64,000 nt of DNA. It comes from a virus. A program made the translations under genes and the position numbers. The stretch lies in the IMG/VR virus record IMGVR_UViG_3300027759_000074, positions 1 through 64,000 of that record. One strand, given 5' to 3'. Under the pieces are notes generated by a model. That model did not search any database. It worked only from the letters and a program-made list of their open reading frames with translations, and was not told where the DNA came from. The stretch's first letter is position 1; every line of letters starts with the position of its first letter. This document shows, in pieces, positions 30,855-39,484 of this stretch.

Positions 30855-31000
30855 AGCGTGGGGGGTAGGGCGCAGCTTAAATTGAATTTGAATAACCATG
30901 TTATGAGTAGGGTTATTTATTTTGTGGTGTCCTGTGTGTCGGGTGTACCTTTCTTTTTTAGTGTGACTTGGTTGGGTTGTGGGCGTGAATAACGCCCAAT

Positions 31001-31024
31001 AAAAAGCCCCTAGAATATAGGGGC
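31001..31024 (-). terminator. Rho-independent terminator
   Basis: GCCCCTA-loop-TAGGGGC then U5 on the minus strand, after the peptidase gene. Confidence 0.7.
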
Positions 31025-31046
31025 GTTAAGTTAAAACTTAGTCCCC

Positions 31047-32144
31047 TTAGGTGCGTTCGTGTCCGTGTTCTAGTTCGTGGTTGTAGTCGTCCCACTCATG
31101 CACGGGGTTAGGGTTTAAAGTGTTGTAGTAGGGTTCATTATAGGCGTTATATTCGGCGTCCATTGAGTAAGCATACACGTCTAAAAGTTCGCTCACGGCG
31201 TCTGCTATGTCCTCGGGGTGCGCTGTCTTAATCCAATTTAATAAGCCCTTATAATCTTTTGAATATAACTCATCAATGACGGGGCTTGACCCTATGCCGT
31301 AATAATCGTTAGCCCCCCACGTTGAGCCGTAGCCTTGTTTATATTCCACCTTGGTGTAGTCACGTTCGTAAGGTAGGGTTATCTCGTCCCACTTGATCGC
31401 TAGTACCTTGTCCCGTAGTTTTAAAACGTGGTCGGTGTCTAGGGTTTCTTTGTTGCTGTGTTCTGATTGATAGCCTATCGATATGTTTAGGCACTCGCTC
31501 ACTTGTTCCATGTATTGCGCCGTGTCTGTGTATAGCCCTGTGTCGTCTAGTTCGTACCCCATGCCGAGAAGCGAAGCGATAGCATTTGAGCAAGTATCAC
31601 TTGACGCCCTCTCACCCATTTGGTGCGTAATTACTGACGTGGTGCCCCGTCTGTCAAAGGCTATGGCGTGGGTAAATTGTTTTAAAAAATCTTGATAAAG
31701 TGTCGCCACTTGTTTTGACCCCCAACACCCCCGCTCCTCTCCTCTGTGGAATACATACACCCCGCCAATGTTAGCTTGTACCATTTCCAATAAAAGAAAA
31801 GCCCCTGCGCCGTCATCTGCTCCCAAACAATCGGACGCTTCACTTACAAACGCTGTCCCGAAGTCGTCACAAAATACGTCTTGTTTTATTGTGTCGGGGT
31901 TTGAGTTGTGCATGGTGTCAATATGACAGCTCCATAAAGTTGTATTCGCTGTGCTGTTCTCTTTTCTATTGTCTATATAGTAGGCTATGACCTCGCCCGT
32001 TTCGTTTTTAAGTTGTTGGACGTCCCCGCCTGATAGATAAGTTTCTATAAAATACGCTTCGCCTTTCGTGCCGTGTTGGCGTCTTATTGATAGTATTTCT
32101 AATAAGTTGTTTCTTAATATTTCGTTTTGTTTAGTTGTTTTCAT
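31047..32144 (-). CDS. M28/M20-like zinc peptidase
   Basis: CHIDTMH, LGADDGAG, GEERG, AFDRRG, EHS; start reassigned to MKTTKQ. Confidence 0.75.
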   Translation of the reverse strand: MKTTKQNEILRNNLLEILSIRRQHGTKGEAYFIETYLSGGDVQQLKNETGEVIAYYIDNRKENSTANTTLWSCHIDTMHNSNPDTIKQDVFCDDFGTAFVSEASDCLGADDGAGAFLLLEMVQANIGGVYVFHRGEERGCWGSKQVATLYQDFLKQFTHAIAFDRRGTTSVITHQMGERASSDTCSNAIASLLGMGYELDDTGLYTDTAQYMEQVSECLNISIGYQSEHSNKETLDTDHVLKLRDKVLAIKWDEITLPYERDYTKVEYKQGYGSTWGANDYYGIGSSPVIDELYSKDYKGLLNWIKTAHPEDIADAVSELLDVYAYSMDAEYNAYNEPYYNTLNPNPVHEWDDYNHELEHGHERT

Positions 32145-33774
32145 CTGTTGCCCCTTGTGTAGTTGTTTCGTTGGTTTCGGTTTCTTCTTCTTCGTCAATC
32201 TCTGCTTGTAATTCGTCTGCGTCATCTTTATGGCATAACTTTCCGTTGCTTAGTTCGTGAATGTCATCTTCGTGGGCGTAGTTGTTGCCCTCGCTGTCCT
32301 CATAGTCCAATCGCTTAGCATAGCTTTCATGTATAAAGCCCATTGAAGTATGTACTAAATCATCTATGTGGTAATACTCATCTGACGCTTCGCATGGGTA
32401 TATGTCGTTTTCACTTAAATAATTGCTGTCGTAGTATTCATCACTCGCATAAATAGCATTATCGCTGTGGACGTAGTATTGATCGCCATTACGCCCATAA
32501 ACGTAAGTATAATCATTACCCAAACAATTCTCACAAACATGGCGGTCTGTGTCCTCAACGTATTCTATATCGTCCTCGTCCACGTTGTCCCCGCATTCGT
32601 CACAAGTCCATTCTTCAACGTTGGACGTCCACCCGTTTGTATTCGCTAGATCATATTCGCCGTCACCTATGACTAAATAAGTTTTCCCGTCTATGTTCTC
32701 GGGGTCTGCTGTTTGGCTTCCGCCGTTCCCGTAGTCAATATATGGGGTCATAAAAACGTCATCTTCATTGGGGTGTGGTACACCTAGCAATAAACACCCG
32801 TTAAGGTTTGTCTGCTTTTCATAACCTAGATTTTTTAATGTATCCAACATGAAACGCCCCTCTGCGTGTCCGTTTGGGTCGGGGTAAACTCTGATATATC
32901 CCTTTGATGCGTCCCCCGTGTCGTCATAGTTGTTTTGAGTTCTAACTATTGCACGGGCTATGACTGCGCCACCTTCCAACATATAAGCCAATTTTAAAAC
33001 GCTCTTTTCGTGGGCGTACACTTGCACCGCTTTTGAGTTGGTCATACATGAATTAAATCTCTCGCCCTGTCCGTAGATATTCACCCACCCCGTGCCGTCT
33101 GTGCTTTCAATAAAGCGTACTTCCCACCCCGCTTGTGCTTGTACCCGTGCGGTGTGTGCTTCTGTAATGCTTTTAATTTCTAGGTCTGTGAGTTGTATTT
33201 CTTCTTTAAACTGCGTTAGATATTTTCCTAGTTTGGTTCTAACTTCCCGCCCCTGTCTAAAATGATCTAAGTTCGGATAGTAAGCAATTAACATAGGGGA
33301 CATGAGCGAATAATGGACGTTATGAAGTGAGTGCAAGTTGTTAAGTTTTGATAGTTTGTCGGTGTCATTCATGCCATACTTAACCCAATCTAGTTTTTCC
33401 CATTCACCCGTTTTGAATTTCTGTCTTATATCTAATACACGGGGCTCTATTCTTTTAAGTATCTCGTCCCGTATGTGATGCGTTAAATAATTAATATAGT
33501 TTATGACACTTTCGGGGGACGCCTTCCTAGCGTCTTTTACTTTCGCCCGTTCTATTGCGAGTGAGTGCCCGTTTAATTTAAATTCTTTAGCCGTTGCCTT
33601 GTGACTAAAATTAATACGGGGCTCTTTTGTTTTTGCTTTTAGTTGGTCTTGCATAAAGTTTTTTATATCATATCGGGCGTACCCGTCTTTGATTAGTCCG
33701 CTAAACGTGACAAGGTGCGGGGGTATCGGTCTTACTAGGTTTCTAACTGCGTTGAGTTGGTGTGTGTTTAACAT
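32131..33774 (-). CDS. Early protein with SCM domain and acidic Cys-rich repeats
   Basis: NSCMT..IARAIV..YIRVY..PYID; C-terminal CDECG/CENC zinc-ribbon repeats. Confidence 0.6.
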   Translation of the reverse strand: MLNTHQLNAVRNLVRPIPPHLVTFSGLIKDGYARYDIKNFMQDQLKAKTKEPRINFSHKATAKEFKLNGHSLAIERAKVKDARKASPESVINYINYLTHHIRDEILKRIEPRVLDIRQKFKTGEWEKLDWVKYGMNDTDKLSKLNNLHSLHNVHYSLMSPMLIAYYPNLDHFRQGREVRTKLGKYLTQFKEEIQLTDLEIKSITEAHTARVQAQAGWEVRFIESTDGTGWVNIYGQGERFNSCMTNSKAVQVYAHEKSVLKLAYMLEGGAVIARAIVRTQNNYDDTGDASKGYIRVYPDPNGHAEGRFMLDTLKNLGYEKQTNLNGCLLLGVPHPNEDDVFMTPYIDYGNGGSQTADPENIDGKTYLVIGDGEYDLANTNGWTSNVEEWTCDECGDNVDEDDIEYVEDTDRHVCENCLGNDYTYVYGRNGDQYYVHSDNAIYASDEYYDSNYLSENDIYPCEASDEYYHIDDLVHTSMGFIHESYAKRLDYEDSEGNNYAHEDDIHELSNGKLCHKDDADELQAEIDEEEETETNETTTQGATDENN

Positions 33775-33775
33775 A

Positions 33776-33871
33776 TTAGAAGCCCCCCATGATTAAAGTT
33801 AAAAAGCACCAAAAAGAAAATAAACACCATATCAAAAAGAAGCCATACCCGATTAATTTTAACTTGCTCAT
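33776..33871 (-). CDS. Small TM peptide (31 aa, not in track)
   Basis: MSKLKLIGYGFFLIWCLFSFWCFLTLIMGGF; ATGA-coupled. Confidence 0.45.
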   Translation of the reverse strand: MSKLKLIGYGFFLIWCLFSFWCFLTLIMGGF

Positions 33872-34029
33872 AGATAACCCCCCATTAATAACGCTAACAC
33901 CATGCACCCGAAAAGAGTTCCCGCAATAATACCAAGCCCGATCATAAAGCCGTCAATGTCTTGTTGGCGTTTCATTTGTCTTATACGTCCTAGTTCTTCG
34001 TATCTTTTTTCTAGTCTAGTTAGTCTCAT
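33868..34029 (-). CDS. Small TM protein (53 aa, not in track)
   Basis: MRLTRLEK...FMIGLGIIAGTLFGCMVLALLMGGYL. Confidence 0.5.
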   Translation of the reverse strand: MRLTRLEKRYEELGRIRQMKRQQDIDGFMIGLGIIAGTLFGCMVLALLMGGYL

Positions 34030-34408
34030 TTTGATTTTCTTCCTCGTTTTGTTCTCGTGTGATGAGTTCGTTTAATGCTTGGTTGATTTGAGTTGATGCG
34101 ATTAAGTCTAAAAGGGTTGGGGGTTGTTTGTCCCCGTGTTTAATTGCGTGTTCGGCTCTTAGGTTGTTTTCAAGTTCCCTTGCGTAGTTTTCTGTTTGTT
34201 TCATATCGTGGGGCGTTGCGTTGTAGAAGTATTTAACACCGATTTGATGCCCGTTTATTGTAATGCTTCCGCCGTTGGCTTCGTCAAAAAAGGTTTTGCC
34301 TTGTGGTGTTTGTGTCACTTCATAACTTTTGGTTGGTCTTATCTCGTTGCGTAGTGCTTCGATCATGTCAAAGCGTTGTGCTTCTGTTGATAGGTTTGAG
34401 TTTTCCAT
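34016..34408 (-). CDS. Hypothetical early protein
   Basis: AAGGA RBS. Confidence 0.55.
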   Translation of the reverse strand: MENSNLSTEAQRFDMIEALRNEIRPTKSYEVTQTPQGKTFFDEANGGSITINGHQIGVKYFYNATPHDMKQTENYARELENNLRAEHAIKHGDKQPPTLLDLIASTQINQALNELITREQNEEENQNETN

Positions 34409-34420
34409 GGTTTGTTTTCC

Positions 34421-34789
34421 TTAGTTGGTTTGAAATTTTTGTTGTTGTGCTTTTATTACTCTAAACAATGTCGGCTTGATGTCATCTGGATTTAATACGA
34501 TTGAAGCGTTATCGTACTGCTCCCAATAAGTCCCGAAGCGTTGCGCCCATTCATTTAGTGTTGGGTGTATGGGTTCGGTCGGTCTAAACTCGCCGTAAGT
34601 GTCATAAACAAATAGATCGGCGTTCAACATATCTTCACTAGATATAAATAAAAGTCCGTCACGTTCAAAGGCGTTGGGCTTGGCATAATCTTCCGTGAAA
34701 TCTTTTGTTTCTTTGTCCCATTTAAAATACTTAATAGAGGGTAGTAGATCAATGAGTTCTTGTGCGGTTGCGTGTGGTTGCTTAGTCAT
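34421..34789 (-). CDS. Hypothetical early protein
   Basis: IHPTLNEWAQRFGTYWE motif. Confidence 0.55.
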   Translation of the reverse strand: MTKQPHATAQELIDLLPSIKYFKWDKETKDFTEDYAKPNAFERDGLLFISSEDMLNADLFVYDTYGEFRPTEPIHPTLNEWAQRFGTYWEQYDNASIVLNPDDIKPTLFRVIKAQQQKFQTN

Positions 34790-34863
34790 AATGTGCCTTT
34801 CGTTAAGTTGCTTAAAATTTAATCAGTTGTTAAGTGGTGCTTTTTTCTGTGTTGCTGTGCGTG

Positions 34864-34893
34864 ATTATAATTCGGCGTTTTCTGTTTGTGTAA
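34864..34893 (-). promoter_or_regulatory. Sigma70-type early promoter candidate
   Basis: TTACAC-N18-TATAAT with an A-rich upstream tract. Confidence 0.4.
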
Positions 34894-34980
34894 TTTATTT
34901 TATGTTCGTTGGGTTAAATAAGAAAAGGGCTAAGCATAAACCATGCCAAGCCCCCCAAATATAACCTTGCTCCCGTGTGC

Positions 34981-35193
34981 CTAGTTTGCGACAGCTTGGG
35001 ACGCCGTTTTATATAGTTTTAAGCCCAATAGCCCGATAACCAAAAAGAAAAGCGATAAGCCCCAATTTTCCCCGTGATGTATAGCTAAACAAAAACCCGA
35101 TATAAAAAGGCTCAAGGTTGGAATGAGTGCTAAGTAGATGTTAAAAAGTTTTAATGCTGTTTTGCTTGGTTTGTTTGCTGTTGATGTGTTCAT
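34981..35193 (-). CDS. Small two-TM membrane protein
   Basis: AAGGG RBS; two hydrophobic helices. Confidence 0.5.
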   Translation of the reverse strand: MNTSTANKPSKTALKLFNIYLALIPTLSLFISGFCLAIHHGENWGLSLFFLVIGLLGLKLYKTASQAVAN

Positions 35194-35280
35194 GTTTAAT
35201 TTCCCTTTGTTGTTTAAGTTTTATTGTGTTGCTATCTGATAAACGTTTAATTTTTCCGAATGTAAGGCTTTTCTGTGTTT

Positions 35281-35968
35281 ATTTTGTTTTATTTTGTTTT
35301 ATTTTGTTAAGTGCTTGATTTTAAACGTGTGTCCATGTGTCCACTTCATAAACTATACTCATTATGCTTGGTCACAGGCTTTGTGGACTAAGTTGGTGTT
35401 CGTAAGTCTTTGTTTTATATATATAATATATTATTTATTATTATTATTAGTTGTCTTGTGCCCATGTGCCCACTACTTATGCAGAGTGAAGACTGCGGGG
35501 TTTTTACACTTGCGAGGTGACACGAAGCCCTACCAAGTTTTCCAAGTTTACCCCCCGCCCCCTATGTTTAAACGTGGACACAACGGACACAAACGTTATT
35601 AATCAAAGACTTAGCTTAAATTAGTGGACACAAGAATGGACACCAAGTCGCACCAAGTGGACACAAGGTCAAACGGGGTTAGGTCGGGGCTTACTTAGTG
35701 GACGCAGTTGGACTTAGTTGGACGAAGTGACGCAGAAAAGGACGCAGTTGGACAAAATTGGACTTGGTTTTGACTTGGTGGACTTAGCGACCCCACCCGT
35801 ACCCGACCACCCCAAATTTAGTTGGGACTCCGTGGACTCTGTTTACACTTGAATTCGCACAAATAGTAGGCAAAAAGTTCAAAATCTATAGGAAACACCC
35901 CCCGTCACTCAAATAAAGGGCATTCTAAAAAAATTTTTATAAAAAAATTCTGAAATATCAGGGAGTTA
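35281..35968. other. Putative replication origin / genome-end region
   Basis: Non-coding; inverted GGACAC iterons around an AT-rich core; IHF-consensus sites at 35308, 35403 (1 mismatch), 35601, 35956. Confidence 0.55.
35699..35790 (+). repeat. ~10-bp-phased GGAC/TGAC repeat array
   Basis: gacgcagttg gacttagttg gacgaagt.. gacgcagttg gacaaaattg gacttgg.. Confidence 0.7.
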
Positions 35969-35997
35969 ACTGCAAAAAGTGCATGAAACTTTAATAA

Positions 35998-36327
35998 CTA
36001 CGCGGAAAAAGAAGATCCACAACCACATGTACTAGTTGCAGCGGGGTTTTTTATTTCAAAACCTGATGTCATTAAAGAAGTATTGTAACTTATAACCGAT
36101 CCAGTTAGGTATTGCATACTATGTGCGTCTACAAGAAGGGATACTTCGTCCTGAACCACTATAAAGTCATCTTCGTTTTGAGTGTCGTCAAAAGTAAAAC
36201 CGTATTGAAACCCAGAACAACCACCACCGGATACATAGATTCGTAGTTTAAGTCCTTTGACTTCTTCATCTGCTAACAGATCTTTTATTTTTACTATTGC
36301 AGAGCTTTCTAGGGTTATTGGATTCAA
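35998..36327 (-). CDS. erpA: A-type Fe-S carrier, ErpA/IscA (HesB) family
   Basis: LRIYVSGGGCSGFQYGF, NPAATSTCGCGSSF. Confidence 0.9.
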   Translation of the reverse strand: MNPITLESSAIVKIKDLLADEEVKGLKLRIYVSGGGCSGFQYGFTFDDTQNEDDFIVVQDEVSLLVDAHSMQYLTGSVISYNTSLMTSGFEIKNPAATSTCGCGSSFSA

Positions 36328-36668
36328 ATTGCTTTAGGATCGAAGTTGTAGAGCTCGGAGTAAACGTCTTTAATCTTAAGAAACTTCTCGCCGTGCTGAT
36401 CAAAGTCATCGTCGCCCTTATAATAGAGGTGTAAATGTATCATTTCATGAAGCAATGTCTGAAAAATGGTTATAAAGTGACCACAAGACCCAGAACTTAT
36501 TTCAATAGCCATGTCCACTTCGTCAAAACATCCATAAATGCCAGGGTTCTTAATGACACGAAAGGTAACTTTGTTAGATTTAGGCATCTTTAATTTATTA
36601 AAAGGGGGTAGTTGACAAGCCATGTTATATAGTATCTCAAGGTTTTTCTTAGTCAACGTAGTTTTCAA
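36324..36668 (-). CDS. SprT-like zinc metalloprotease
   Basis: TLLHEMIH...HGEKF. Confidence 0.75.
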   Translation of the reverse strand: MKTTLTKKNLEILYNMACQLPPFNKLKMPKSNKVTFRVIKNPGIYGCFDEVDMAIEISSGSCGHFITIFQTLLHEMIHLHLYYKGDDDFDQHGEKFLKIKDVYSELYNFDPKAI

Positions 36669-37072
36669 AAGGTAAACTCCTTGTAGATCATAATTCGATT
36701 AGGTTCTACTCTAACTGGGCTCTTACTAGGCTGTTCTTTGGGTAGTCTTGGTTCAAACAAAGCAGGGTTATAAAATTCAGTAGACTTAGATTGAGGGAAG
36801 TACACCTTAACAGCTTTGAACCTATCTATGATATCCATAGTCCAACAACCTTCGTGATTAGCTTGACCCAGTTTAATAACGTAAGCTGCATAAGGATAGC
36901 CCTTCAAACCCATCTTTGTATACTCACAAGGTTCTCTAGTCAATACAACTTCACCCGATGGGGTCTTTACAAAGAATTCTTTTATCTCGTCAGCACGAGC
37001 ATCTTCAATAGGCCACATAGCAACCCACCAAAGTAGAATCCCTGCAACACCAATTGTAAATAAATCTTTCAT
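36665..37072 (-). CDS. Exported hypothetical protein
   Basis: Signal-peptide-like N-terminus ending ARA; one Cys pair. Confidence 0.55.
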   Translation of the reverse strand: MKDLFTIGVAGILLWWVAMWPIEDARADEIKEFFVKTPSGEVVLTREPCEYTKMGLKGYPYAAYVIKLGQANHEGCWTMDIIDRFKAVKVYFPQSKSTEFYNPALFEPRLPKEQPSKSPVRVEPNRIMIYKEFTF

Positions 37073-37078
37073 ATGACT

Positions 37079-37121
37079 ATTATACTAAAGACTTGCAAAA
37101 ATCTTTGAAACACTATATATT
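37079..37121. promoter_or_regulatory. Divergent promoters
   Basis: + strand TTGCAA(37093)-N17-TATATT for terS; - strand TATAAT at 37079-37084. Confidence 0.5.
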
Positions 37122-37165
37122 ACAGGAATAGCTGCAAATAATTTCTAGGGTGTAATCAGCGACAC

Positions 37166-37786
37166 ATGTCAAATGAAATATCGAAACAATCAGACGTTAA
37201 TGAGGACGAGCATTTCCATGCGGTTCTTATACCTACCATAGAGAACGACGTCCCAATCCCTAAGAATTCAAAAGAAGCTCTACCTGAAATGACTATTAAT
37301 GAAGAGTTAAACATCAGGGCAGAAACTATAAAAGCAGTAGCAGATATAAAAGGTGAAGACATAAAGCCCACGTACTCTAATATAAAAGACGCAGAAGACC
37401 TAGCAAAAGAAATGATGAAGAACCCTCTACTTAAACCTGAGTTTGATAAGTATCCAAATGAAACGATGGCGTTCTTAGCTGGCTTAGTGGGACAGACTCA
37501 ATGTATGTTAACAGAGCAGTTAGCGGATTTTAAATTGTATGTATTAAATAGACTTGTTGAGATCGTAGAAAAAACTGATAACCCAAAAGAAAAAATAGCA
37601 GCGCTAAGATCTATAGGTGAGATTGATGGCGTCGATGCGTTTAAGAAAAAGACAGAAGTTACGCATAAAGTTGAGTCGATGGAAGAAGTTGAAAAAGAAT
37701 TACTAAGTATGTTAGCTGAGTTAAAAGAGAAAGGCTTAGTTAAAGAAAAAGAAGTGATCGATGCGGAAGTTGTAAAAGATGAGTGA
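37166..37786 (+). CDS. Terminase small subunit (putative)
   Basis: Directly upstream of terL; IAALRSIGEIDGVDAF. Confidence 0.55.
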   Translation: MSNEISKQSDVNEDEHFHAVLIPTIENDVPIPKNSKEALPEMTINEELNIRAETIKAVADIKGEDIKPTYSNIKDAEDLAKEMMKNPLLKPEFDKYPNETMAFLAGLVGQTQCMLTEQLADFKLYVLNRLVEIVEKTDNPKEKIAALRSIGEIDGVDAFKKKTEVTHKVESMEEVEKELLSMLAELKEKGLVKEKEVIDAEVVKDE

Positions 37787-39314
37787 GGAAAAGTTAACGC
37801 CTGAAAAAGTAGCGTTACTAGAAGCAAACTTCTCTGAGTTAACAGATGCACAAAAAGTTAAAGCACTTAATGCACTACGTATATATAAGAAGCATGCAGT
37901 ACAAGAACATGGGGCAGAACATTTTTTAGACTTTATTCAGCATGTATACCCTGGTTACATTATAGGAGACCATCATAGAAAACTTGCAAAAATATTTGAA
38001 GACATTGCTAACGGAAAGAAAAAAAGAGTTATTGTCAACATTGCGCCTCGCCATGGTAAATCGGAACTTATCTCCTATCTTGCGCCAGCATGGTTCCTTG
38101 GTAAATTTCCTCACAAGAAAATTATTATGGCGTCTCACACAGCTGATCTGGCGGTTAACTTTGGCCGTCGTGTGCGTAACTTGGTGGGCAGTGACGCGTA
38201 TAAAGACATTTTTCCGAAAGTAGAGTTACAAGCTGATAGCAAATCCGCATCTCGTTGGGGTACTAATTTTAACGGCGAGTACTTTGCTATCGGTGTTGGG
38301 GGTGCTCTGGCTGGTCGCGGCGCTGATTTGTTTATCATTGACGATCCTCACTCAGAACAGGATGCGAAGACAGGACGTTCGGATATTTTTCTTCCGGCTT
38401 GGGAGTGGTTTCAGTCTGGTCCTATTCAGCGTCTTATGCCAGGTGGAGCTATTATTGTAGTCATGACTCGGTGGAGTAAGCTGGACTTAACGGGACAAAT
38501 CGTTAACCAGATGGTAAAGCAAGAAGGCGTAGATGAATGGGAGCTAGTTGAGTTTCCCGCAATCATTGAAAATAAAGCCGGAGAGGAAGCGTCGCTTTGG
38601 CCTGAGTTTTGGCCGCTTGAAGAATTACAGGCAAAGAAAGCCGCACTAGATATTAGGTATTGGAACGCTCAGTATTTACAAAATCCAGTGTCAGAAGAAG
38701 GTGCACTAATTAAAAGAGAGTGGTGGAAGATGTGGGAGAAAGAAGACCCTCCACATTGTGAGTTTACTATTATGTCGTTAGACGCGGCACAAGAGGCAAA
38801 TACTAGAGCCGACTACAATGCGTTGACTACGTGGGGAGTATTTTTCAACGAAGAAACCAACAATTATAATATAATACTATTAAATTCAATTAAGAAGCGA
38901 CTAGAGTTTCCAGAGCTTAAAGAGCTAGTACTTGAAGAGTACAAAGATTGGGAACCTGACGCATTTATAGTAGAAAAGAAATCTAACGGCGCTGCACTCT
39001 ATCAAGAGATGAGAAGAACAGGTGTGCCACTTGGTGAGTTCACACCAGGCAAAGGACAAGATAAAATTTCTAGGGTTAACGCAGTATCTGACTTATTTAG
39101 AAGTGGTGTGGTTTGGGCTCCTGATAGACGATGGGCTCACGAGGTTATCGAAGAATGTAATGACTTCCCAGCAGGAGCTAATGACGACTTAGTGGACTCA
39201 ACAACCATGGCACTTATGAGGTTCAGACAAGGCGGGTTTATTAGATTACCTAATGATGAGCCTGAAGAGATACAAGGATTTAGAAGTTCTAGAAATAGGT
39301 TGTACGCAGTGTAA
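37779..39314 (+). CDS. terL: Terminase large subunit
   Basis: APRHGKSE Walker A, IIDDP Walker B, RNase H-like SLDAA/DDLVDS. Confidence 0.95.
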   Translation: MSEEKLTPEKVALLEANFSELTDAQKVKALNALRIYKKHAVQEHGAEHFLDFIQHVYPGYIIGDHHRKLAKIFEDIANGKKKRVIVNIAPRHGKSELISYLAPAWFLGKFPHKKIIMASHTADLAVNFGRRVRNLVGSDAYKDIFPKVELQADSKSASRWGTNFNGEYFAIGVGGALAGRGADLFIIDDPHSEQDAKTGRSDIFLPAWEWFQSGPIQRLMPGGAIIVVMTRWSKLDLTGQIVNQMVKQEGVDEWELVEFPAIIENKAGEEASLWPEFWPLEELQAKKAALDIRYWNAQYLQNPVSEEGALIKREWWKMWEKEDPPHCEFTIMSLDAAQEANTRADYNALTTWGVFFNEETNNYNIILLNSIKKRLEFPELKELVLEEYKDWEPDAFIVEKKSNGAALYQEMRRTGVPLGEFTPGKGQDKISRVNAVSDLFRSGVVWAPDRRWAHEVIEECNDFPAGANDDLVDSTTMALMRFRQGGFIRLPNDEPEEIQGFRSSRNRLYAV

Positions 39315-39475
39315 TGTTTGTTTACAAGATTAAAAGGTTATTTGGTGGAAGAAGACGCTACGTAAAGACAAGGGTGTCAGATAAGAATAAAAGAAGAAAC
39401 CAACAAATTAAAAGTTTAAGAAGAGTTTGGTTTTGGCACGAAGATAGATGGAATCAAAGACACGGAATTAACTAA
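39314..39475 (+). CDS. Small basic protein (53 aa, not in track)
   Basis: TAATG-coupled to terL; fills the gap before the portal RBS. Confidence 0.4.
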   Translation: MFVYKIKRLFGGRRRYVKTRVSDKNKRRNQQIKSLRRVWFWHEDRWNQRHGIN

Positions 39476-39484
39476 GGATAAAAA

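Noticed and set aside
30741-30992. Plus-strand 83-aa ORF in the track
   Set aside because: Opposes the local gene direction, has no RBS, and overlaps repeats and hairpins
35294-35602. Plus-strand 102-aa ORF in the track
   Set aside because: TTG start with no RBS; runs through AT tracts and iterons
35570-35790. CRISPR-like array in the GGAC repeats
   Set aside because: Units are 6-10 bp and degenerate with no unique 30-40 bp spacers; no cas operon
31047-36668. M28 or SprT peptidase acting as a PqqF/PqqG substitute
   Set aside because: Different families from the M16 PqqF, unlinked to pqqA, and common in phages generally
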